Below, piece after piece: positions 37,143-43,646 of a DNA stretch of 64,000 nucleotides. The stretch comes from Minisyncoccota bacterium. GTDB taxonomy: Bacteria > Patescibacteriota > Minisyncoccia > Phycocordibacterales > UBA9973. Position 1 is the first letter of the stretch. Each line of letters starts with the position of its first letter. Made by a program: the position numbers and the translations under genes. The notes under the pieces were generated by a model. That model saw only the letters and a list, made by a program, of their open reading frames with translations. It was not told the origin of the DNA and made no database searches. The stretch lies in NCBI GenBank assembly GCA_031291825.1, contig JARLIG010000009.1, positions 65,281 through 129,280 on the forward strand, in the 5' to 3' direction.

Positions 37143-37331
37143 TTAGTCGTGGCGATGACGTGATAAATACCATACACCAAAGGGAAGAACGATCGCAGAA
37201 ATCACTCGTAACCACATCTCGGAGCTAGGTCCAAAAACCAGAATTAACCCGGCAACGATGACTAACGTGAAAACGATCCCCGCTTGCGCTCCCTCATTCG
37301 TAGTATCTACATCTTGCCGCTGAGTTTGCAT
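37143..37331 (-). CDS. island sORF g5: small membrane protein (62 aa)
   Basis: SD AAGGAG 8 nt before ATG; own promoter TTGACT-N17-TATGTT (plus 37353-37381); two hydrophobic helices. Confidence 0.4.
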   Translation of the reverse strand: MQTQRQDVDTTNEGAQAGIVFTLVIVAGLILVFGPSSEMWLRVISAIVLPFGVWYLSRHRHD

Positions 37332-37393
37332 GGAATGTACTCCTTCCCCTATAACATATCACATAATATCCTAAAAGTCAAGTAAAAATTGGG

Positions 37394-37432
37394 CAAAAAA
37401 AACGGGCTTCCGGTGTGAACACAGAAGCCCGT
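37394..37432 (-). terminator. canonical intrinsic terminator ACGGGCTTCTGTGTTCACACCGGAAGCCCGUUUUUUUU (minus strand)
   Basis: 9-bp GC stem followed by eight T in gene sense. Confidence 0.6.
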
Positions 37433-37439
37433 TGGGAGA

Positions 37440-37560
37440 ATGGTGCAAATGGCGCAATCCATCCCCTGATAGGTGGTATCAAGGGAGCCAATGGGGCTAC
37501 AACCATCAAGGCATAGTCATTGAAGGGAGCCACCTCCTCAATACCACCGTCCGATAATAT
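37440..37560 (-). ncRNA. candidate small structured RNA (~160 nt transcript ending at the 37394-37432 terminator)
   Basis: No SD-led ORF. Long-range pairing GGUGGUAU...AUACCACC enclosing repeated GGGAGCCA boxes; between a promoter-like box (TTGTAT-N16-TATATT) and a canonical terminator. Confidence 0.25.
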
Positions 37561-37617
37561 AACATACTTATAAAAAAATACAAGTCCAGATAATAAAATT
37601 TGGGTAAACAAGGTAAT

Positions 37618-37646
37618 GGGGTTCGCCGACAGAATCGACGAACCCC
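37618..37646. repeat. GC-rich hairpin GGGGTTCGCCGACAGAATCGACGAACCCC (copy A); identical copy B at 37992-38020
   Basis: 29-nt direct repeat, 12-bp stem; each directly follows the stop codon of a minus-strand sORF. Confidence 0.7.
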
Positions 37647-37657
37647 ATTTTGAAGCC

Positions 37658-37837
37658 TTAGTAGCAGCCTCGATTGTCGTAGCGTATGAGCGCAGGACGC
37701 TCACGCGGAGCACGCACTGCAAGTTTGACGGCTTCGTACCCATCATCTGAGGAGTGAGCAACGAATGGCTCACCGCGACGGTAAGTAGAAGCGGAAACAA
37801 CGGTAAGTGTTTGCGGTACTTTTGTGTTCTTCTTCAT
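37658..37837 (-). CDS. island sORF g3 (59 aa, hydrophilic)
   Basis: SD AGGA 7 nt before ATG (CAGAGGACTTGAGATG); MKKNTKVPQTLTVVSASTYRRGEPFVAHSSDDGYEAVKLAVRAPRERPALIRYDNRGCY; stop abuts hairpin A. Confidence 0.35.
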   Translation of the reverse strand: MKKNTKVPQTLTVVSASTYRRGEPFVAHSSDDGYEAVKLAVRAPRERPALIRYDNRGCY

Positions 37838-37942
37838 CTCAAGTCCTCTGTGTGGATAGGTTGGCTTCCCATCCTCTGCTGTGAACATTGACATTGTGCT
37901 CTGCTTACATTGGACAAACAAAGCAGGAACTTCTTATCTTTA

Positions 37943-37970
37943 TTTATACCACTTAAAATAATTAACACAA
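37943..37970 (-). promoter_or_regulatory. island promoter box B: TTGTGTTAATTATTTTAAGTGGTATAAAT (minus strand)
   Basis: TTGTGT-N16-TATAAA; same box at 38311-38336 (TTGTGTTATTTTAATTAAGTGTTATAAC) and 38586-38612 (TTGTGTTATTTTGAAAAAGTGGTATAAA). Confidence 0.5.
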
Positions 37971-38034
37971 GGGGAAAGTAAACATGAAGATGGGGTTCGC
38001 CGACAGAATCGACGAACCCCAAATTTGATATCTG

Positions 38035-38244
38035 CTACACCCGATACATCAATCTGTCTCCCCTCTCTGCTGACAGAGGAGACGCGACCACCTTCGGCTC
38101 AACACCACGCCGTGCGTCGTCGAATGCCTTCGACAAACCTCCAGGCTGTTCTCCTTCTTGCCGAGATTGGTTGTATTTCAAAAGAGACTGCTTTGAAGAC
38201 TGGTTGCTCTGATGTCTTGATCCTGAAGCGCTTGATTTGCTCAT
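38035..38244 (-). CDS. island sORF g2 (69 aa, Ser/Gln-rich hydrophilic)
   Basis: SD AAGGAG 6 nt before ATG; MSKSSASGSRHQSNQSSKQSLLKYNQSRQEGEQPGG...; stop abuts hairpin B. Confidence 0.4.
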   Translation of the reverse strand: MSKSSASGSRHQSNQSSKQSLLKYNQSRQEGEQPGGLSKAFDDARRGVEPKVVASPLSAERGDRLMYRV

Positions 38245-38310
38245 CGTTTCTCCTTGAGGGGTTGTGTTTGTTAAACAACTTAAACTAAAAAGGTGCATAT
38301 CTTTTTTAGT

Positions 38311-38336
38311 TATAACACTTAATTAAAATAACACAA
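38311..38336 (-). promoter_or_regulatory. island promoter box C
   Basis: TTGTGTTATTTTAATTAAGTGTTATAAC ~60 nt upstream of the g2 SD. Confidence 0.45.
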
Positions 38337-38367
38337 GGTAAAATTTTTAAATTGAGTAGACATAGCG

Positions 38368-38393
38368 AGGGCGCCGAGTTGGTCTCGGCGCCC
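38368..38393. repeat. GC-rich perfect hairpin GGGCGCCGAG-TTGGTC-CTCGGCGCCC
   Basis: 10-bp perfect stem directly after the g1 stop. Confidence 0.6.
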
Positions 38394-38407
38394 TTGAATC
38401 TTAAATC

Positions 38408-38545
38408 TCATTCTTTGTCGTCGAAACGCCGACGGCGGCGCGGCTGACGGTTGCGAGGACGGTTTGGCAACTGCTGCGCGTTACGGGTAACCGCTCTGGT
38501 AACCCACTTCGGAGCTGATAGCTCCGCACGACGAGTTCTCGTCAT
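38408..38545 (-). CDS. island sORF g1 (45 aa, extremely Arg-rich)
   Basis: Hand-translated: SD GGAG 7 nt before ATG; MTRTRRAELSAPKWVTRAVTRNAQQLPNRPRNRQPRRRRRFDDKE-TGA. Not in the ORF track (shorter than 60 aa). Confidence 0.35.
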   Translation of the reverse strand: MTRTRRAELSAPKWVTRAVTRNAQQLPNRPRNRQPRRRRRFDDKE

Positions 38546-38585
38546 CTTTTTTCTCCAAATGGAAAAATGAACATCTATGGAGATA

Positions 38586-38612
38586 TTTATACCACTTTTT
38601 CAAAATAACACA
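38586..38612 (-). promoter_or_regulatory. island promoter box D
   Basis: TTGTGTTATTTTGAAAAAGTGGTATAAA ~40 nt upstream of the g1 ATG. Confidence 0.45.
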
Positions 38613-38633
38613 ATAGCAAAAGTGTATAAAGCA

Positions 38634-38674
38634 AAAGACGTCGGACATCTGTTGCTACAGGTGTCCGACGTCTT
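38634..38674. repeat. REP-like perfect palindrome AAGACGTCGGACA-loop-TGTCCGACGTCTT immediately after the rplB stop
   Basis: 13-bp perfect stem; member of the GACGTyGGACA family. Confidence 0.6.
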
Positions 38675-38695
38675 TTGCTTAAGTATTTTTATTTT

Positions 38696-39535
38696 TTATT
38701 TATTCTTCCCAGTCTTACGGCGAGAAACGATAAACACATTAGAGTATTTCTTTGGACCACGAGTTTTGCGTCCACCAGTAACCTTACCCCACATGGTCTT
38801 AGGACGTTTGGTTCCGCGACCTTGGCGGCCCTCACCTCCTCCGTATGGATGGTCAACTGGATTCATCGCCGTGCCTCGAACAGTTGGACGAATTCCTTTC
38901 CAACGACTGCGTCCAGCTTTACCATAATTTTCCAAATGATGTTCTTCATTAGAAACAGTACCGACACACGCCCAACATTTTTCATTTATTTTTCTGATTT
39001 CCGTTGAAGGCATTTTCAAGTTTGTATATCCATCAGCATTTGCGACAACTTGTGCAAAGATTCCTGCAGAACGTCCAATCTTCGCACCACCCATTGGCTT
39101 AATTTCAACATTATAAACAAATGTTCCAACTGGAATAAACTGCAAAGGTAAACGATTGCCTGGCTTCAATTCTGCTTTCTCGGAAACGATAAATGAATCA
39201 CCAGGCTTTACAGACTTTGGCAAAACCACATATCTTTTTTCTCCGTCCTTGTAAACAGCAAGTCCAATGAAGGCTGAACGATTTGGGTCATATTCAACAG
39301 ATGTAATTTTTGCAGGAATATCTTTTTTGTTGTAAATAAAATCAACTTCGCGGAAAAGACGCTTATGACCAGAACCTTTGTGTCGCATCGTGATACGACC
39401 TTGACTGTTGCGGCCGACAGCGCGCTTGAAACCATAAGTGAGCGACTTGGTTGGTGTCGTCTTCGTCAAGACACCACGGTAAGTCACGTTGGTCATCTGT
39501 CTTCTTGATTTACTTGTTGGTTTGTATGTTTTCAT
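38696..39535 (-). CDS. rplB: 50S ribosomal protein L2
   Basis: 279 aa, canonical L2 (GRNSQGRITMRHKGSGHKR, MNPVDHPYGGGEG). Confidence 0.9.
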   Translation of the reverse strand: MKTYKPTSKSRRQMTNVTYRGVLTKTTPTKSLTYGFKRAVGRNSQGRITMRHKGSGHKRLFREVDFIYNKKDIPAKITSVEYDPNRSAFIGLAVYKDGEKRYVVLPKSVKPGDSFIVSEKAELKPGNRLPLQFIPVGTFVYNVEIKPMGGAKIGRSAGIFAQVVANADGYTNLKMPSTEIRKINEKCWACVGTVSNEEHHLENYGKAGRSRWKGIRPTVRGTAMNPVDHPYGGGEGRQGRGTKRPKTMWGKVTGGRKTRGPKKYSNVFIVSRRKTGKNK

Positions 39536-39538
39536 ATA

Positions 39539-39808
39539 CTAAATTAATTCTATCTTGTCTCCTTTTTTTAAATAAACAAAAGCCTTTCTGCCACCCCCAC
39601 GTGCTCCTTTTATTCCTTTAGACATTGTCTTTTTCTTTGGAATAGAAAGAACATTTACTTTAATTGGGTGAACCTTATAGAGAGCAAAAACTGCTTTTTT
39701 TATTTCTGTCTTATTAGCAGAAGCGGAAATATCAAAAGTGTAAACATTTTGCTCTGCTGCAAAAGATGCTTTCTCGGTAACTCTTGGATTTTTGATTATT
39801 GTTGTCAT
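39539..39808 (-). CDS. rplW: 50S ribosomal protein L23
   Basis: Size and position between rplD and rplB; ...YTFDISASANKTEIKKAV. Confidence 0.8.
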   Translation of the reverse strand: MTTIIKNPRVTEKASFAAEQNVYTFDISASANKTEIKKAVFALYKVHPIKVNVLSIPKKKTMSKGIKGARGGGRKAFVYLKKGDKIELI

Positions 39809-39813
39809 AAAAT

Positions 39814-40485
39814 TTATCCGCGAGCTTCTAAGAATTTAACACTTTCGACCGGATTTTCTATTAAAAGATATTTATATTGAAGCACGTCCATTGGATTTAA
39901 ATTTTTCAAGAAAACTATTTCAAGCGAGGGAATATTTCGGAAACTCTTTTCAGCTTTTTCATCTCGTCCGAATAAAGCTGTCAACACTCTAGGCTTTTTA
40001 GAACTAGCTAGTGTCTTCCATCCGGAAGCTTTGGCTAAATTCTTAACAACCTCCACAGCATTTTTAGTTTTGATATCAGACAAAGACAAACTATCAACAA
40101 AAAGAATTTCATTGTCCTTTAATTTTTTAGAAAGTACAGAAAACAGAGCTTGTGCACGCATTTTCTTGGAAACCTTTCGCTTATAGTTCTTCTCAGCAAG
40201 TGGACCATGGGTGACACCTCCACCAACCCAGATAGGACTACGAGAAGAACCGTGTCGAGCGCGTCCAGTTCCCTTTTGTTTCCAAGGCTTCTTTCCACCC
40301 CCCCGTACTTCTCCACGGTCTTTGGTGTCAGCAGTACCAGAACGCTTGTTGCTGCGCATTCCTTCTACCACTTGGTGCACTAAATCTGCGCGCCACTTTG
40401 CGGCAAAAACTTTTTCCGGCAAACTTATGCTTCCCGCGTCAGTTCCTTTTTGATCATATATTTTTGCTTGTATTTTTGCTTCCAT
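39814..40485 (-). CDS. rplD: 50S ribosomal protein L4
   Basis: Canonical L4 (KPWKQKGTGRARHGS). Confidence 0.85.
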   Translation of the reverse strand: MEAKIQAKIYDQKGTDAGSISLPEKVFAAKWRADLVHQVVEGMRSNKRSGTADTKDRGEVRGGGKKPWKQKGTGRARHGSSRSPIWVGGGVTHGPLAEKNYKRKVSKKMRAQALFSVLSKKLKDNEILFVDSLSLSDIKTKNAVEVVKNLAKASGWKTLASSKKPRVLTALFGRDEKAEKSFRNIPSLEIVFLKNLNPMDVLQYKYLLIENPVESVKFLEARG

Positions 40486-40486
40486 A

Positions 40487-41101
40487 TTATCTTTGTACTA
40501 TTTCTACTAAGGTTCCTTTTCGGCCAGCAATCGCTCCTTTAATAAACATTAAACTATTTTCTTTATCAACAAAAACTACTTCCAAATTTTTCTGGAAAAT
40601 TCTGTCTGAGCCCATTCTGCCTGCCATTCTCATTCCTTTTGGAACGTGAGTACGCAATCCTCCGCCGATACTTCCAGGTTCACGCTCGGAATGCTTTTGA
40701 CCGTGAGTACGTGGACCACCATGGAAACCATGACGCTTCACAACACCCTGAAAACCTTTACCCTTAGAAATACTGGCAACAGAAACTTTGTCTCCTCCTG
40801 CAAAAACAGTTGCATCAATAACATCCCCTTCTTTAGCGGTGTGCTTATCGCTAGGTTTTAGTCTGAATTCTTTTAAGTTTTTATAGAAAGCGCCTTTCAT
40901 TGCACCAGCACTACCCTTAGAAACTCTTTCTTTTTTTTGTGTCCCAACACCAACTTGTACGGAATCATATCCATCTTTGGCTTTCTCAAAAACTCTAGTC
41001 ACCGTAATTGGTGGAACAGAAACAATAGTCACAGGAACAACTGTCCCATCTTCTCGGAAATACTCAGACATATTTTCTTTTGTTCCTAGGATAAATTTCA
41101 T
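40487..41101 (-). CDS. rplC: 50S ribosomal protein L3
   Basis: Canonical L3 (FKGAMQ-like, GKGFQGVVKRHGF). Confidence 0.9.
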   Translation of the reverse strand: MKFILGTKENMSEYFREDGTVVPVTIVSVPPITVTRVFEKAKDGYDSVQVGVGTQKKERVSKGSAGAMKGAFYKNLKEFRLKPSDKHTAKEGDVIDATVFAGGDKVSVASISKGKGFQGVVKRHGFHGGPRTHGQKHSEREPGSIGGGLRTHVPKGMRMAGRMGSDRIFQKNLEVVFVDKENSLMFIKGAIAGRKGTLVEIVQR

Positions 41102-41105
41102 AAAA

Positions 41106-41537
41106 TTACATCATCTTAACGTCAATATCGACTCCGGAAGGCAAAGTTAAATTAGTCAGAGCCTCCACGGTCTTTGCATTTGGATTTATTATGTCAATCA
41201 ATCGCTTGTGCACTCTTATCTCAAATTGTTCTCGTGTGTTTTTGTAAATAAAAGCGGAACGATTAACGGTATATTTTTTTATTTCAGTCGGTAATGGAAC
41301 CGGACCGACAATATTTGCATCGTAACGGGTAGCAGTATCCATGATTTGTTTAACAGAAGCATCCAAAATCTTACTCTCGTAAGCACGAACTCGGATACGA
41401 AGCACAATTTTTCCATCTGTTGCAGTCTTCTCTTTTTTAAGAGAGGCCTTGGTAGTTTTAGCTACCTTTGCAACCTTTGGTGTAGTAGCTTTCACCGTCT
41501 TTGGCTTTTTTATTTTTGTTTCTGTTTCTGTTGTCAT
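41106..41537 (-). CDS. rpsJ: 30S ribosomal protein S10 (with Lys/Thr-rich N-terminal extension)
   Basis: C-terminal ~100 aa is canonical S10 (IRIRVRAYESKILD...HKRLIDI). Confidence 0.85.
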   Translation of the reverse strand: MTTETETKIKKPKTVKATTPKVAKVAKTTKASLKKEKTATDGKIVLRIRVRAYESKILDASVKQIMDTATRYDANIVGPVPLPTEIKKYTVNRSAFIYKNTREQFEIRVHKRLIDIINPNAKTVEALTNLTLPSGVDIDVKMM

Positions 41538-41571
41538 GAATTTATTTTAAAGTACAAATCTACCCTATAAA

Positions 41572-42765
41572 CTATCCCAGAATCTTTGTAACCACTCCTG
41601 CGCCGACTGTCTTGCCTCCCTCACGAATCGCAAATCTTTGTGATTCTTCTAGGGCGACTGGAGTAACTAATTTAACAGTAATTTTAACGGTGTCGCCTGG
41701 CATAACCATTTCAGTTCCTTCAGCCAAGGTAACATCTCCAGTCACATCCGTAGTTCGGATATAAAACTGAGGCTTGTAACCCTTGAAGAAAGGAGTGTGG
41801 CGTCCACCTTCTTCCTTTTTCAAAACGTAAATTTCGCAAGTAAAGTGATCGTGTGGAGTAGTTGTACCTGGCTTGCAGAGAACTTGTCCACGGGTAATGT
41901 CTTCTTTCTTCAAACCACGGAGAAGAACTCCAGCGTTGTCGCCAGCCATACCTTCTTGAAGATTCTTGTTAAACATTTCAATTCCAGTAACAGTGGTCTT
42001 TTGAGTTGGCTTGATTCCGACGATTTCAACTTCTTCACCAACTTTAACGATTCCTCTTTCGATTTTACCGGTCACAACTGTTCCACGGCCTTCAATTGAG
42101 AAAATATCTTCGACTGGCATCAAGAAAGGTTTCTTAATATCTCGTTCTGGGATTGGAATATAAGTATCAAGAGCATTTACGAGTTCAAGAACTTTCGCTG
42201 CCCAAGGGTCACTGATGTCTTTTGCTTCGAGAGCCTTAAGAGCAGAACCACGGATAACTGGAGCGCCTGCGCCATCAAAGCCTTGCTTGGTAAGAAGTTC
42301 ACGAATTTCCTCTTCAACGAGGTCAATCATGTCTTTATCATCAACCATATCGCACTTGTTCAAGAAAACAATAATCTTTGGAACACCAACTTGTTTTGCA
42401 AGCAAAACGTGTTCACGAGTTTGAGGCATCGCTCCATCGGTTGCAGCTACCACCAAGATAGCACCGTCCATTTGAGCGGCACCAGTAATCATGTTCTTGA
42501 TATAGTCAGCGTGTCCAGGAGCATCGATGTGCGCATAGTGACGAGCGTCCGTAGCATACTCGTTGTGTGAAATATTGATGGTTATTCCTCGAGCTTTTTC
42601 TTCAGGAGCGTTGTCGATTTGGTCAACTCCACGAAGACGAACAGTCTTTCCTGCCATGTTTAAAACATGCAAGATTGCAGCTGTTAATGTTGTCTTTCCA
42701 TGGTCAACGTGACCAATGGTGCCGACATTGATGTGCGGCTTATCTCTTTTAAATTCTTCTGCCAT
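41572..42765 (-). CDS. tuf: elongation factor Tu
   Basis: [23 protein letters not shown]-motifs; 397 aa. Confidence 0.95.
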   Translation of the reverse strand: MAEEFKRDKPHINVGTIGHVDHGKTTLTAAILHVLNMAGKTVRLRGVDQIDNAPEEKARGITINISHNEYATDARHYAHIDAPGHADYIKNMITGAAQMDGAILVVAATDGAMPQTREHVLLAKQVGVPKIIVFLNKCDMVDDKDMIDLVEEEIRELLTKQGFDGAGAPVIRGSALKALEAKDISDPWAAKVLELVNALDTYIPIPERDIKKPFLMPVEDIFSIEGRGTVVTGKIERGIVKVGEEVEIVGIKPTQKTTVTGIEMFNKNLQEGMAGDNAGVLLRGLKKEDITRGQVLCKPGTTTPHDHFTCEIYVLKKEEGGRHTPFFKGYKPQFYIRTTDVTGDVTLAEGTEMVMPGDTVKITVKLVTPVALEESQRFAIREGGKTVGAGVVTKILG

Positions 42766-42949
42766 AATTTTATTGATTACTAACCAAAACTCAGTGTACG
42801 AGAACCAGTCACTAAGGCTTAGTTACTAATGATAATTAATAAACTTTAATAATAAAAAACCAATATAAAAACTGCAGAAAGTGCAGTTATCAAGATAATA
42901 GCAGATTAGAAAATATTGTCAAACTACCTTGTTGTGATAAACTAAACAG

Positions 42950-43621
42950 ATGAATATGGAATCTAAAGAACCTAAAAATACACCAGAAAAACCGAAAGTC
43001 ACAGACGAGAGAAGTGAGCTCCTCGCAGAAGTATTTAAAAGGTATCATAAAGATTTGATTAAATGGTGTATCGCTAGACTAAACAAGCTAACAATAAAAG
43101 GTAGTCGTATCTCTAATAATCTAAAAAGTGATGCGGAAGAAATCGTCGCGGATGTCTATAAAGTATTATTGACTGATAAAAATCCCATAGACCTAAATCG
43201 TACTGATGCTGAAATAGGAAAATTTTTAAATATTGTCTTAGATCAAGCAGTTATTCATTATGTTAGAAAAATCACAGCTCAGAAAAGATTTCCTAGGGGT
43301 GGTTTCGTGTCGACCGAAGAAATAACTGAGGAAAATGACGAGGAAGAATTGCTTGAAAAACTTAAAGAGTATTTTACTCAAAAGACAGACGACACAATAG
43401 AAGATGGGCGGTGGCCTATGATAAAAGATGCTTTGGTGGAATTAGAAAAACAAGATAAACAACAAGTGGACATGATTAGAGCTTTGTATCAAGAAGGACA
43501 TACCTTGGAAGAAATAGGAAAAAGTTATGGTTTTTCAAGAGAAAATGCAAGACAAAGAATTAAAAGGGGTCTTAATAAGATAAAATATCATATTATTCAA
43601 TACAAAAAACCGCTCAGTTGA
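42950..43621 (+). CDS. sigma-70 family (ECF-like) RNA polymerase sigma factor, between tuf and fusA on the opposite strand
   Basis: Region-2-like LAEVFKRYHKDLIKWC and region-4 HTH LEEIGKSYGFSRENARQRIKRGLNKI; promoter-like TTGTCA-N16-TAAACT upstream. Confidence 0.5.
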   Translation: MNMESKEPKNTPEKPKVTDERSELLAEVFKRYHKDLIKWCIARLNKLTIKGSRISNNLKSDAEEIVADVYKVLLTDKNPIDLNRTDAEIGKFLNIVLDQAVIHYVRKITAQKRFPRGGFVSTEEITEENDEEELLEKLKEYFTQKTDDTIEDGRWPMIKDALVELEKQDKQQVDMIRALYQEGHTLEEIGKSYGFSRENARQRIKRGLNKIKYHIIQYKKPLS

Positions 43622-43626
43622 GCGGT
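43609..43626. terminator. bidirectional terminator AAAAAACCGCTCAGTTGAGCGGTTTTTT shared by the sigma gene and fusA
   Basis: 7-bp GC stem with A-run and T-run. Confidence 0.6.
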
Positions 43627-43646
43627 TTTTTGTATTTAGTCTATTT

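Noticed and set aside
36643-37215. ORF-track ORFs 36643-36888(-), 36892-37215(-), 36926-37135(+), 36960-37163(+) in the GC-rich island
   Set aside because: Mutually overlapping frames in a GC-rich region, no SD or promoter context, run through terminator hairpins; treated as GC-composition artefacts. Only the SD-led frames g5 and g6 were kept.
37378-37921. Longer ORF versions 37378-37800(-, 140 aa) and 37658-37921(-, 87 aa)
   Set aside because: Their 5' ends run through a canonical terminator or a promoter box. The shorter SD-led start (g3) or a non-coding interpretation (candidate sRNA) fits the signals better.
38577-39007. Plus-strand ORFs 38577-38927 and 38675-39007
   Set aside because: Antisense to the well-supported rplB gene; proline/arginine-rich translations typical of antisense frames.
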